A stretch of DNA of 64,000 nt, taken from the NCBI GenBank assembly GCA_903904605.1, contig CAIVDC010000135.1:7173-71172 (forward strand), in the 5' to 3' direction. The position numbers and the translations under genes were made by a program. Under the pieces are notes generated by a model. The model searched no databases. It worked only from the letters and a program-made list of their open reading frames with translations, and was not told where the DNA came from. This DNA is from an uncultured Sterolibacterium sp. GTDB lineage: Bacteria > Pseudomonadota > Gammaproteobacteria > Burkholderiales > Rhodocyclaceae. Below, one piece after another: positions 35,660-45,932 of the stretch (position 1 is its first letter; each line of letters starts with the position of its first letter).

Positions 35660-36463
35660 TCAGCGCAGTTCGCACCAGGGGCTGCCCTCCTCCTGGCTGG
35701 CGATCACGATCCAGTCTTCCGCGCAAACGGCCGCCCCGGCCAGGGCGGCACGGGCCAGTTGCGGCGTGTTGTTCTGCTCGGAAAGATGGGCGGCGACCAG
35801 ATGCTGCAGGCGCGAGCGGTCCAGGGCGGCCAGCAGCCGTGCCGCCGCCTGGTTGTCGAGATGGCCGAAACGCCCCGCGATGCGTTGCTTGAGGTGCCGG
35901 GGGTAAGCGCCGCGGCTGAGCATTTCGCTGTCGTGGTTGCATTCGAGTACCAGCGCATCGCAGGCATCGAGCATGGCCAGGATGTGCGGCGTCACGCCGC
36001 CCGTGTCGGTGAGCACGCCGAGGCGGTGACGGCGGTCGCTGAAGACGAACTGCACCGGCTCGCGCGCATCGTGCGGCACTGGAAAAGGATGGATCTTCAG
36101 CGCGCCGATGGCAAATTCGGCGTGGCTGTCGATGATCCGCGTCGGCGGCGGCTCGCCTCGGCCGCGCGGCATGGCGGCCTGCGTGCCGTGGGTCAGGAAG
36201 ATCTCCAGTCGATGGCGGCGAGCGCATTTATATACGCCGGCGCTATGGTCGCTGTGCTCGTGCGTCACCAGGATCGCATCGAGATCATCCGGCGCCAGCC
36301 CCAGGCGCGCCAGGCGGAGCGCCAGTTCGCGCGGACCGAAGCCGCAGTCGAGAAGGACCCGGGTCCTGCCCCCGTTCCCGTCAGCCTCGACCACCAGGGC
36401 ATTGCCGCGGCTACCGCTGCCGAGCGAGGCAAAGCGCATAGGACTGGGGGATTCGATGGACAA
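35660..36463 (-). CDS. MBL-fold metallo-hydrolase
   Basis: 267 aa. It has the HxHxDH motif (VTHEHSDH). Confidence 0.85.
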   Translation of the reverse strand: MSIESPSPMRFASLGSGSRGNALVVEADGNGGRTRVLLDCGFGPRELALRLARLGLAPDDLDAILVTHEHSDHSAGVYKCARRHRLEIFLTHGTQAAMPRGRGEPPPTRIIDSHAEFAIGALKIHPFPVPHDAREPVQFVFSDRRHRLGVLTDTGGVTPHILAMLDACDALVLECNHDSEMLSRGAYPRHLKQRIAGRFGHLDNQAAARLLAALDRSRLQHLVAAHLSEQNNTPQLARAALAGAAVCAEDWIVIASQEEGSPWCELR

Positions 36464-36484
36464 GCGAGGCGATCACGACAAGGA

Positions 36485-38329
36485 TTACTCCAATCCAAAA
36501 GCAAGGAAGGCATTGCCCGGGATGATGCCGGAATGGTGAGAGTACCCTGAATTGGCAAACACCATTCCGTCGACGACGGCGACTCCGCCATCGCTGATGG
36601 AGCCGCCACGGGCTTTTACGCCGTTCACGGTGCTGAAAGCCTGGGCCGTATTGAACTCCCAGATGATCCTGCCGTCCACCGCCGAATAGACGCGCAGCCG
36701 GCCGTCCACCGAGCCGGAAAATACCACGCCGGGGATCGCGGTGACGGCGGCAGCTTGAACCTTGCCACACGGTTTCCTGCTGCCGCAATCGGGATGAGGG
36801 GTCTTCCAGAGCAGCTTGCCCGTCTTGATGTCGACGGCGGCCAGTCCCCCGCCCGAGTTCGGATCAATCACCCGTCCGACCCGCTTGGAATCCGAAAGGG
36901 CCGCATACACGCGCTCGCCATCCATCGCCGACCCCCACATGATGCCGCCGGAAGTGCCGCCGACGCCAACCCGCTGCTCCCAGAGGAGGTCACCCTTGCT
37001 ATCCGGATCAAGAGCGAAGAGTACGCCCGATTTCTGCCCGACGATGAGCATCGGCCGGCTGCCCAACTGCTCGACCAGGATCGGCGGAGAAGCGAAGTCA
37101 TAGTCGGGGGCCTCCTGATTGGCGCAGTTGGCATGGTCGCCGGCGGTCTCGGGACAACTCCCGTTCCAGGTATCGTTCGGCGTGATCTGACGGAACCAAA
37201 GTATCTTCCCCGATTTCAGATCCATCGCGACTATCGAATCGGACATCGGCGCCACCGGGGCCGAATAGGAGTTCCCCGTTCCGACATAGAGGGCGTTGCG
37301 CTTCTCGTCGATCGTGGGAGAGCTCCATACCGCGGCGCCGGACGGTCCCCAGGACTGAACCCCGGCGCTGCTCACTTGTGTCGGGTGGGCCTCATCGGAA
37401 ATCATGAAGGTCTTCCAGACCTGTTTTCCGGTGACTGCGTCAAGCGCGACCACGCTGCCCCGGAAACGGCAACAGGAATAGCGTGGATCGGCGGCCATCG
37501 ATTCCTCGCGCGACGACACGGGAACGTAGAGCAGTCCGCCGGATAGCTTGAGCGCTCCGCTGACGCGGGCCAACGGGTAGGGGTCGAGCTTGGTCTTCCA
37601 CAGGAGCTTCCCGCTCGACGCGTCCACGGCATAGGCGTTTGCAGCCAGATCGGAAAAGTAGGCGACCAAGCCGTTGCTTGCGCCTCGCCCGAGGGTGATT
37701 GCGCTGCGGATGCCCGCCTCGGTTTCCAGCCTCCAGTGAATGCACCCGGTCTTGGCGTCGAGCGAGAATACATCGCCTTCCCAACTGGAGATGTAGACCC
37801 GCCCACCGAGCACAACCGGTTGCGAACTGGCTGAGGTCGCACCGGGGAAGCCAAACGCCCATTTCAGCTTCAGGCGGGAAACAGCGTTCGCGCTGATGCC
37901 GGCGTCCCGGGCCGGCTGAAATCGCGTGTTTGCCTGAGTGACGCCCCAGCCGTTCCAGGCCGGGCCGGACAGGCTGCTCTCAAAGCCGCTGGCCGAACCG
38001 CGGCAGTAAGCGGACGGCGGGATAGCTGCCAGGGGCGCATCACCCAGACGCTTCCCGGAAAGGTATTCGGCCAGGGCGCGGCGCTCCGCCCGGCTGCGCT
38101 CGGCACCCACCTTGGCCATCGATCCCTTTTCGAGCGCCGAAAGGATCTGTTCCGGCGACATCAGTTTCAAGACGTCCCGCTCCGGAGCGCGGGATTCGCC
38201 GTCCGATTCGTGACAGGTCGCGCAAAAGGTCTTGAACAGAGCCGCCGCTTCCTGCGCCGAAGCAGGCACAGCCAAAACCAGGATGCCAAAGGCGAGGAGA
38301 ACTTGAAATCGAGTCATTGAAATACGCAT
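36485..38329 (-). CDS. PQQ-type quinohaemoprotein dehydrogenase with an N-terminal cytochrome c domain (polyvinyl-alcohol-dehydrogenase-like architecture)
   Basis: The start is at M42 of the track ORF (MRISMTRF), after AGGAGG. It has a signal peptide and a CATCHE haem motif. A beta-propeller region follows, with repeated G..W motifs as in PQQ enzymes. Confidence 0.75.
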   Translation of the reverse strand: MRISMTRFQVLLAFGILVLAVPASAQEAAALFKTFCATCHESDGESRAPERDVLKLMSPEQILSALEKGSMAKVGAERSRAERRALAEYLSGKRLGDAPLAAIPPSAYCRGSASGFESSLSGPAWNGWGVTQANTRFQPARDAGISANAVSRLKLKWAFGFPGATSASSQPVVLGGRVYISSWEGDVFSLDAKTGCIHWRLETEAGIRSAITLGRGASNGLVAYFSDLAANAYAVDASSGKLLWKTKLDPYPLARVSGALKLSGGLLYVPVSSREESMAADPRYSCCRFRGSVVALDAVTGKQVWKTFMISDEAHPTQVSSAGVQSWGPSGAAVWSSPTIDEKRNALYVGTGNSYSAPVAPMSDSIVAMDLKSGKILWFRQITPNDTWNGSCPETAGDHANCANQEAPDYDFASPPILVEQLGSRPMLIVGQKSGVLFALDPDSKGDLLWEQRVGVGGTSGGIMWGSAMDGERVYAALSDSKRVGRVIDPNSGGGLAAVDIKTGKLLWKTPHPDCGSRKPCGKVQAAAVTAIPGVVFSGSVDGRLRVYSAVDGRIIWEFNTAQAFSTVNGVKARGGSISDGGVAVVDGMVFANSGYSHHSGIIPGNAFLAFGLE

Positions 38330-38629
38330 GCTTCCTCCTGACGTTGGGCCCCGTTCATGTCGGCACTTCGCAGGCCATGTCCTGGTGCGTCTGCCGGCGA
38401 TAAAGATGGCAAACTCCGTTGCCCGGAAGCATGCCTCGAAATACCGGGTCACGGTCGGCCAGCAGCCAGTGTAAGGGATTTCACCGGTGGCGGTTCGGGA
38501 CGATGGCCTTCATCGCCGGGCGCCGCTGCAGAAGCGTCTCGACTTCAAAACACCGCCCGGCGCTTTCCGGAAAAAGGCTACACTCGCGGCACAGCGCCGT
38601 TGCAGTTCAGATTTGAATCCGCCCCATCA

Positions 38630-40384
38630 ATGACACAATGCGATTCTGATAATGACAAAAGCGAAGCCACGTCGATGAAAGCTCCGGCTCCTGAAGGCGA
38701 GGAGGCCATATACAAAATCAGATTCCTGTTCAGCGTATTTCTGCTGGCGGGAATCGTGGCCGGCGCAATGGGTTTCGTCCGCTGGCCGGCAAGCCACCTG
38801 CTGGGCTCGATCGACTTCGGCTTCGCGGCGCTCAGCCTTGTTCTGCTTTTCTATCTGGAAGGCCACAAGCAGCATGTCGAGGCGATCGGCACATTGGCGC
38901 TGCTTCTTTCCTACATCCTGTTCCTGGCCATCTACCTCCTGGCGCCCCACAACACGATGCGCTTGTCGCTGTTCTTCCTGCTCTCGGCATCGGGATTCTT
39001 CCTGAAGGGCCGACAGATCGGCCGGTTGTGGCTTGCCGGCGTCATCCTCACCATCGTTTCCGTTCATGTTTCCGGTCACTTCGCGACGGCCTACTCGAAT
39101 CTGGACATTTCCACGACGTGCATCTACCTGGTAGCCCTGTTCTTTATCTTCGAGAATTACGAGTCGTTCAAGGAACAGGTGCATCAGCGCCGATACGCCG
39201 AGGCCAATGCCTTGCGGGCCAAGGAAACTGCCGAAGCCGCCAACCTGGCCAAGAGCCGTTTCCTCGCCAACATGAGCCACGAGATCAGGACTCCGATGAA
39301 CGGCATCGTCGGGATGGCCAACATCCTGCGACGGGAAGGCGTCACGCCCAAGCAGGCGGAGCGTCTCGACACCATCGACAGATCCGCCCAACACCTGCTC
39401 GGCATCATCAACGACATACTCGACATATCGAAAATCGAGGCCGGCAAGTTCGTGCTGGAGGAAGCACCGGTCGAGGTCATCAAGCTGCTGGGCGATGTCA
39501 CCTCGATGGTGTCAGAACGCGCCAGGGCCGAAGGCAAGAGCATCCTCCTGCGGTACGAGACAGAGTCGATGCCGCCCGACCTGCTGGGCGATCCCACGCG
39601 AGTGCAACAGGCTCTGCTCAACTACGCCACCAATGCGATCAAATTTACCAAGAACGGCAGCGTGACCCTGCGCGCGCTGCCGCAGGAGGAAACCGCCGGG
39701 TCGGTGCTGGTACGATTCGAAGTGCAGGACAGCGGTATCGGCATCGCTCCCGAAACCATGGCCCGCCTCTTCAATGCCTTCGAGCAAGCCGACAATTCGA
39801 TGACGCGCAAGTACGGCGGCACCGGTCTTGGACTGGCGATTACCCGGCGCCTGGCCGAACTGATGGGCGGCGAAACTGGAGCGGAAAGCACCCCGGGCGT
39901 GGGCAGCACCTTCTGGTTTTCCGCGAAGCTGAAGAAGAACATGAGGGCAGTCGTCAAGCCGCAGGAGGCGAATGGCGACGCCGAGGCACTGATCAGGCAG
40001 CGCCATGCCGGGAAGAATATCCTGGTCGCGGACGACGAACCGATAAACCGGGAAGTGGCCCGGTTCCAACTGGAGGCGGTCGGGCTTTGCGTGGATATGG
40101 CGGAGGACGGCGCGGAGGCCGTCAAGCTGGCCGGGAGGAAGGACTATGCGGCCATTTTCATGGACATGCAGATGCCGAAGCTGAACGGACTGGACGCAAC
40201 GCGACGGATACGCGAAATGCCGGGCTACCGGCAGACATCCATTATCGCCATGACAGCCAATGCCTTCGTCGATGACAAGGCGCAATGCCTGGCGGCCGGT
40301 ATGAATGAGTTTCTGGTCAAGCCCTTCGATCCCGATATGCTGTTTGCCACCTTGCTGAGATCGCTCGAGCAGCGCCATGTCTAG
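38630..40384 (+). CDS. Hybrid sensor histidine kinase/response regulator with a multi-TM N-terminal sensor
   Basis: The start is at M92 of the track ORF; M107 at 38675 is an alternative. It has about 6 predicted TM helices, the H-box FLANMSHEIRTPMNGI, the HATPase G-boxes DSGIGI and GGTGLGLAI, and a receiver domain (ILVADDEPINR, DMQMPKLNG). Confidence 0.85.
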   Translation: MTQCDSDNDKSEATSMKAPAPEGEEAIYKIRFLFSVFLLAGIVAGAMGFVRWPASHLLGSIDFGFAALSLVLLFYLEGHKQHVEAIGTLALLLSYILFLAIYLLAPHNTMRLSLFFLLSASGFFLKGRQIGRLWLAGVILTIVSVHVSGHFATAYSNLDISTTCIYLVALFFIFENYESFKEQVHQRRYAEANALRAKETAEAANLAKSRFLANMSHEIRTPMNGIVGMANILRREGVTPKQAERLDTIDRSAQHLLGIINDILDISKIEAGKFVLEEAPVEVIKLLGDVTSMVSERARAEGKSILLRYETESMPPDLLGDPTRVQQALLNYATNAIKFTKNGSVTLRALPQEETAGSVLVRFEVQDSGIGIAPETMARLFNAFEQADNSMTRKYGGTGLGLAITRRLAELMGGETGAESTPGVGSTFWFSAKLKKNMRAVVKPQEANGDAEALIRQRHAGKNILVADDEPINREVARFQLEAVGLCVDMAEDGAEAVKLAGRKDYAAIFMDMQMPKLNGLDATRRIREMPGYRQTSIIAMTANAFVDDKAQCLAAGMNEFLVKPFDPDMLFATLLRSLEQRHV

Positions 40385-40573
40385 CGAACATCCCGGCTTC
40401 CCGTGACGGCAAGGCGGCCGAAGCGGTCAACAGCCATGGTTCGTCATGCGTCGGCCCGGGATCGGCAGCGTCCGCCGAGATGCGCAGGTTCGCCGGCTAT
40501 TTAGGGACTGTGGCGAATCAACGACGGGTCGCCAGCGGCATTCGGCGACCGCGCAACACACAAGAAACTTTCC

Positions 40574-40636
40574 TTGACTTCCTTTACCGCTAGTGATTGA
40601 ATTGGCATTAGGTTAGTCCATTGAAGGTTAGTCCAT
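40574..40636 (+). promoter_or_regulatory. Putative promoter (TTGACT-N17-TTGAAT) followed by two 11-nt direct repeats GGTTAGTCCAT (putative operator)
   Basis: The repeats lie at 40611-40621 and 40626-40636 (period 15 nt), directly upstream of the GntR-family gene in an AT-richer region. Confidence 0.35.
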
Positions 40637-40662
40637 AATGGATTACGCGAGATCAAATCCCG

Positions 40663-41445
40663 ATGGCAGACACGATGGATACGTCGACAAGAACCGACTC
40701 AGAAATTGTCATGATCAAGGAAACGCCTTTCAAGAGCCTGGGGCGAAGGAAGGCCTACGAGGAGGTGGCCGATCAGATCCGTTCACGGATCTTCTCCCAA
40801 CATCTGCGCCTGCTCGATCGCCTGCCCGCCGAGCGGGATCTTGCTGTGCAGTTCGGCGTAAGCCGCGTCGTCGTCAGGGAAGCGATCCGCACCCTGGAGT
40901 TAAGCGGGCTGCTGACGGTCAAGAAGGGTGCCAAAGGCGGCATTTTCGTCGCTCAGGACTACGACCGCCCGATTTCCGATTCGATCGTCAATCTGCTGGC
41001 CGGCGGCGAAGCGAGCCTGGAAGATCTGTTCGAAGTTCGTGAACTGATCGAGCCCTATGCAGCCTCACGGGCGGCGCTGCTGGGAACGGAAGAGGACTTC
41101 GCTCGGCTGGCCGCGACACTGGCCGAAGCGGAGTCGGAGCATGCCAAAGGGGGCAGTATCCGCTCCATGAACATCGAGTTTCACCGACTGGTCATCCGAA
41201 TGAGCCGCAATCCCATCCTCAGCGTAGTCGGGGAAACGGTCCTGACCCTGCTGACCGAGCGAATCAAGCACATTCCCAGCCGGGAAACCTCGAAAGTGGT
41301 CCTGGGCATGCACAAAAAGCTGCTGGCGGCGCTGCTGCAGCGGCAGCCGGAAAAGGCCCGGCTGGCCATGGCCAAGGATATCGGCGCCGTAGGCGTTCGC
41401 TTGGCCAGAATGAATGACCGGACGAGCATCAGGCGAGCGGAATAG
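40663..41445 (+). CDS. GntR/FadR-family transcriptional regulator (FCD effector domain)
   Basis: 260 aa. The winged HTH is LPAERDLAVQFGVSRVVVREAIRTLELSGLL, and the C-terminal all-helical domain contains EFHRLV. Confidence 0.85.
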   Translation: MADTMDTSTRTDSEIVMIKETPFKSLGRRKAYEEVADQIRSRIFSQHLRLLDRLPAERDLAVQFGVSRVVVREAIRTLELSGLLTVKKGAKGGIFVAQDYDRPISDSIVNLLAGGEASLEDLFEVRELIEPYAASRAALLGTEEDFARLAATLAEAESEHAKGGSIRSMNIEFHRLVIRMSRNPILSVVGETVLTLLTERIKHIPSRETSKVVLGMHKKLLAALLQRQPEKARLAMAKDIGAVGVRLARMNDRTSIRRAE

Positions 41446-41555
41446 GAGCAATTGACTTTTCGTAGAGGCAGTACAAGGGATGCTCGGCAACGCCGCTCAG
41501 GCAGGTGGTGAAAACCCGGGTAAGTTCATGGAAAAGACCAAAACAGGAGTACATC

Positions 41556-43082
41556 ATGGAAGACGGCAGGAGCGTAATGGAAGCCGGCACCGAACAGAGC
41601 ATCAAGAGCCTCGGTGATTGGCTGGAAAAGGTGGAGGCCATCGGCGAGGTGAAGCACATCTCCGCCGAGGTCGATCCTGACCTGGAAGCATCGACGGTCA
41701 CCTACATGAGCGGGAAAACAGTGGGTGGGCCGACCCTGCTGTTCGAGAATATCAAAGGGCACCCCGGTCACCGCCAATTATTTAATCCTTTCGGCAGCAG
41801 CCTGAACCGCGTGGCGATCACGATCAGGGAAGAACTCGGCAAGACGCCGATCGAATACGTGCGAATCCTGAGCAGAAAGATGAAGGAAAGGATGGCGCCG
41901 AAGACCGTCGATGCGAAGTCGGCGCCGGTCAATCAGAATATCGAGACCGGCGACCAGGTGGACGTGACCAAGTTTCCGGCACCCAAGATGTGGCCGCGGG
42001 ATGGCGGCAAGTACATCGGCACGGCGGACGCCGTCATCACCCAGGATCCCACCAACGATCGCGTCAATCTCGGCACCTTCAGGCAGATGGTACAGGGGCC
42101 GAAGCAGGTCGGTTTCTATGCCTCCCCCGGCAAGGACGCAGTACTCGACCGCGAAAGGTGGTGGGCCTTGGGCCAGCCGGCTCCGGTTGCAGCGGTCTAC
42201 GGCCTGGACCCGCTGCTGTTTCTTTGCGCGGCGACCTCGTTCCCGAAAGACGTCTCCGAATATGAATTCGCAGGCGGCATCAACGGCGCGCCGATCGAGG
42301 TGTTCAAGAGCGAAGTGACCGGACTGCTGCTGCCGGCCCACGCGGAAATCATCATCGAGGGCTTTTCATACCCGGACAAGACTGCCGAGGAAGGACCTTT
42401 CGGAGAATTCACCGGCTATTACGGACGGCCGGGCGGCGCTACCCCTTACATCGATATCAAGTGCATAAGGTATCGCAACAAACCGATCCTGACGAGCGCC
42501 TTGATGGCCGACTTTCCCTCCAACGAGTGCGGCACCATGTGGGCAATGGCCAAGGCCGCGAAGGTCTGGACCGATCTCGACGGGATGGGGGTTCCGGGCA
42601 TCAAGGGCGTCTGGTCGCCTCCGGAGGCGGCCGGCTGGGGCATGACCGTCGTCTCGATCGAGCAGCGCTACGCCGGCCACGCCGCGCAGGTGGGTGCGCT
42701 GGCGGCGCAATGCATGGGCGGCGCCTACTTCACCAAGTACATCGTGGTGGTGGACGACGACGTCGATCCAAGCAGCTTGCCGGAAGTCGTTTGGGCGATG
42801 GTGACCCGCTCGCGACCCGCCCAGTCGATCGAGATCCTGCGCGAGACCTGGAGTACCTACCTCGATCCCAGCCAGAACCCGCCTGAGATCAGGCCATTTG
42901 GATCGAAGTGCATCATCAACGCGTGCAAGGAATTCAAGCACCTCAAAGTGTTCTCGCCGCGCAATCTGCTCAAGAAGGAAATGTACGAATCGGTGTGCGC
43001 GCGCTGGAGCGAATTGGGCTTCGAAGGGGCACCTCCGGTGATCACGAACTTCGAACCGTTTGCCGGCCATCATATCGGCTAG
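41556..43082 (+). CDS. UbiD-family (prenylated-FMN-dependent) decarboxylase
   Basis: The start is at M18 of the track ORF, after AGGAG. UbiD-like blocks are present (GPTLLFENIKGHP, GKYIGT, GPFGEFTGYYG). Confidence 0.8.
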   Translation: MEDGRSVMEAGTEQSIKSLGDWLEKVEAIGEVKHISAEVDPDLEASTVTYMSGKTVGGPTLLFENIKGHPGHRQLFNPFGSSLNRVAITIREELGKTPIEYVRILSRKMKERMAPKTVDAKSAPVNQNIETGDQVDVTKFPAPKMWPRDGGKYIGTADAVITQDPTNDRVNLGTFRQMVQGPKQVGFYASPGKDAVLDRERWWALGQPAPVAAVYGLDPLLFLCAATSFPKDVSEYEFAGGINGAPIEVFKSEVTGLLLPAHAEIIIEGFSYPDKTAEEGPFGEFTGYYGRPGGATPYIDIKCIRYRNKPILTSALMADFPSNECGTMWAMAKAAKVWTDLDGMGVPGIKGVWSPPEAAGWGMTVVSIEQRYAGHAAQVGALAAQCMGGAYFTKYIVVVDDDVDPSSLPEVVWAMVTRSRPAQSIEILRETWSTYLDPSQNPPEIRPFGSKCIINACKEFKHLKVFSPRNLLKKEMYESVCARWSELGFEGAPPVITNFEPFAGHHIG

Positions 43083-43403
43083 GGGCTCGGGGCGCGATGG
43101 TCGCTCGGACTGTCGCGCCCTGTCTTGGTGACATGCGTGGAAAGGAAGGAGGTTCCCGCAGCATGGTCAAGCTATTCGCTCCCCCTGACCGTAATCGGCG
43201 GACGTCTTCAAGGTCATTGCGAACTTAATCAACGTGAAAATGACTCCTTCGTCGGGGCAACTCCCAAGCATCCCGGCCCCATATCGCGCGGTCAGCATTG
43301 ACGATAGCTGAGCTGGTCTCTGCGGCCATATCGGGCGCAGAGGAAAATTGTGTGTCACGCAGAAATATATCTGCGACCTTCACATCCAACTGAGGAGAGA
43401 CCC

Positions 43404-44582
43404 ATGAACAAGTTGCTGCATCGGCTGGCCGCCACGATGGCCGCGTTGTCTTTGGCTACGGCCATGCACCCTGCGAGCGCAGAGGAAGCCGTCAAGATAG
43501 GCGTGATCCTTCCCATGACCGGACCCTACGCCGACTATGGCGAGGAAATCGGCAACGGTCTGAGACTTTACATGAAGCAGAACGGCGACATGGTGGCCGG
43601 ACGGAAGATTGCAGTCATCATCCGCGACGACACGGGTATCGCCCCGGAAGTCTCCAAGCGGCTGGCGCAGGAATTACTGACACAGGACAAGGTGGATATT
43701 CTCGCCGGCTTCGGCCTTACCCCCGGCGCTTTGGCGGTAGCGCCCCTGGCCACCCAGGCCAGGAAGTTGATGGTGATCATGAACGCGGCGACTTCGGTGA
43801 TCACGAGCAAGTCCCCTTACATCGTGCGGCTCTCCCACACCACGCCGCAAATCGTCATGCCCTTGGCCAATTACGCGGCGCGCCAGGGGATCAAGAGGGT
43901 CTACACCCTGGTCGCCGATTACGGTCCGGGAATCGATTCCGAAATGGCATTCAAAAAGGCCTTCGAAGCTTCGGGCAACCAACTGGTCGGCTCGGTTCGA
44001 GTCCCGGTGACCAACCTGGACTTCGCCTCGTATATCCAGCGGATCAAGGATGCCTCGCCGGAGGCCGTCTTCGTGTTCCTGCCACCTGGCAGCGCCACCA
44101 TCGCATTCCTCAAGGCGTATAAGGAGCGCGGCCTGGACAAGGCCGGTATCGCCCTGCTCGCAACCGTCGCTTTTGCCGACGACAACCTGATGGACGCCCT
44201 AGGATCGTCGGTGCTCGGCGTGGTCACAACGGGAAATTACTCCGTGGCGCACGATTCGCCGATGAACAAGGCCTATGTCCAGGCCTATGCAGACGCATAC
44301 GGCACCAAGATGCGCCCGAATTACATGTCGGTTATCGGCTACGACGGCATGGCGGCGATTTACGCGGCGCTCAGAAAGACCGACGGCGATGCCTCCGGGG
44401 ACAAACTGCTCGCCGCCATGAAGGGCCTGCAGTTCGAAAGCCCCAGGGGAACCGTGATGATCGATCCGGAAACCAGGGAGGTCATCCAGACCGTCTATTT
44501 CCGCCGTGCAGAGGAACGCAACGGCAAGGTTTATAACATCGAGTTCGACCAGATCAGGGATGTGAAAGCTTCCGGCATGTAG
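43404..44582 (+). CDS. Periplasmic solute-binding protein (Leu/Ile/Val-binding-protein family)
   Basis: The start is at M19 of the track ORF, after GAGGAG. It has a signal peptide ending in ASA and the family pattern VKIGVILPMTGPYADYG. No permease or ATPase genes are adjacent. Confidence 0.8.
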   Translation: MNKLLHRLAATMAALSLATAMHPASAEEAVKIGVILPMTGPYADYGEEIGNGLRLYMKQNGDMVAGRKIAVIIRDDTGIAPEVSKRLAQELLTQDKVDILAGFGLTPGALAVAPLATQARKLMVIMNAATSVITSKSPYIVRLSHTTPQIVMPLANYAARQGIKRVYTLVADYGPGIDSEMAFKKAFEASGNQLVGSVRVPVTNLDFASYIQRIKDASPEAVFVFLPPGSATIAFLKAYKERGLDKAGIALLATVAFADDNLMDALGSSVLGVVTTGNYSVAHDSPMNKAYVQAYADAYGTKMRPNYMSVIGYDGMAAIYAALRKTDGDASGDKLLAAMKGLQFESPRGTVMIDPETREVIQTVYFRRAEERNGKVYNIEFDQIRDVKASGM

Positions 44583-44703
44583 CGCTCGGACGGACTGTCT
44601 GATTGCCAAGCCGCGATAGCATGGCCGCGATGCCGGTCCGAATGTCCGACGGTTTCTGCCGACCCGTGCAGCCGGGTATCCGGTGCAAGACGACATAAGA
44701 CAA

Positions 44704-44728
44704 GAAAGCCCGGACTTACCGGGCTTTC
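44704..44728 (-). terminator. Rho-independent-type terminator hairpin downstream of bamC
   Basis: GAAAGCCCGG-actta-CCGGGCTTTC forms a 10-bp stem. On the minus strand a T-rich stretch (CTTGTCTT) follows. It lies 37 nt after the bamC stop. Confidence 0.65.
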
Positions 44729-44765
44729 AGGCGGTCGATGAAACGACCTCAGACGACGCGGGATT

Positions 44766-45932
44766 TCACTTGAGCTGTTCGAAGAGCAAGCCGAGGATCT
44801 TCTTCGAGGTATCGGACTGGTCAATGCCGCCGGCGTGGCTGAGGACCTTCACCGTAGTGGCATCACCTTCGCCCTTGACCAAGATGCGGAACTGGGCGCT
44901 CTGGCTGGCGTCGGACTTGCTGCCCTTCCAGAACATCAGCTTGGCCAGGAAACCCTTATCTGCTTTTTTGGCGTCCGTCTCCGGATCGACATAGCGCACG
45001 AAGTAGAGGCCCTGGGCTCGGTCGCGGTCCTCCACGGTGAAACCGACGCGGTCCAGCACCAGGCCGACGCGGCGCCAGGCGCGATCGAACGGCTCACTCA
45101 ATTGCAGCGAGCCTGCGCCGGTCGAATCGAGCTTGGCTCGTTCCACCTTCTGCGGGGCCGCCGCCACCATCGCCTTGGCTTGCCCTTCATCGGCGCCCAG
45201 GGTCACCATCAGACGGCTCAACATTTCCGCCTCGAGGTCGGGATCGGCGGGACGCGGCTGCCATCGGGTGTCGCTCCTGCCTTCGTCGATATAAGTCTCG
45301 TACATGCCGCGATGGCTGATATAGACCTCGGTAGAGCCTGGCTCGACGCCTTTTTCCAGACGGGTGCGGAATTTGTCGCGCTCGGGGGTCGAGTACAGCG
45401 AACCTAGGACCTTGCCCAAAGTGCCGCGGATGAAGTCTTGCGAAATCTTCGCCCGGTTCTCGGCCCAATCGGTTTCCATGATGCCGGCCTCCGGCCTCTC
45501 TACGCTCACGGTGAAACCCAGCCCCTGCCAGAACGACTTGAGGTCGGGCCAAAGCTTCTCCGGCGGGATGCCGGAGACCACCAGCCAGCGCTGCGTACCC
45601 GAGCGCTCGATATGCATTCCTTTAACCTGAGGCAGCAGTGCGCCCGCCGTCGGCGCAACGCCGCCCGGCTGGGCATTGCGCTCGCCGGAATAGGCGGAGA
45701 AGGTTGCCGAACCCTTGGAGGCGATATCCGGGATGGCGTAACGCTCGTCGCGGCTGGGCGTGGTGAGGTCGGGCGGAACCTCGAGTTTCGGCAACTGCTG
45801 TTTGGCTGCGGACTGGTATTCGATCTTTTTCGACTCGAGCAAGCTACCGGTGCAACCGGCCAGCAGCAGCGCCGGCAGTAGCAGCGTGGACAACAGGTGG
45901 TTTCTTTTCATGCGCCCTCTCAGTCGGTTCAT
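44766..45932 (-). CDS. bamC: Outer membrane protein assembly factor BamC (NlpB lipoprotein)
   Basis: 388 aa. It has the lipobox LLAGC and lies immediately downstream of dapA, which is the conserved dapA-bamC order. MKRNHLL at 45911 is an alternative start. Confidence 0.8.
   Translation of the reverse strand: MNRLRGRMKRNHLLSTLLLPALLLAGCTGSLLESKKIEYQSAAKQQLPKLEVPPDLTTPSRDERYAIPDIASKGSATFSAYSGERNAQPGGVAPTAGALLPQVKGMHIERSGTQRWLVVSGIPPEKLWPDLKSFWQGLGFTVSVERPEAGIMETDWAENRAKISQDFIRGTLGKVLGSLYSTPERDKFRTRLEKGVEPGSTEVYISHRGMYETYIDEGRSDTRWQPRPADPDLEAEMLSRLMVTLGADEGQAKAMVAAAPQKVERAKLDSTGAGSLQLSEPFDRAWRRVGLVLDRVGFTVEDRDRAQGLYFVRYVDPETDAKKADKGFLAKLMFWKGSKSDASQSAQFRILVKGEGDATTVKVLSHAGGIDQSDTSKKILGLLFEQLK

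Noticed and set aside
40638-41042. 134-aa + strand ORF overlapping the start of the GntR gene.
   Set aside because: The 40663 frame gives a full GntR winged-HTH plus an FCD domain, whereas the 40638 frame is Arg/Gly-rich.
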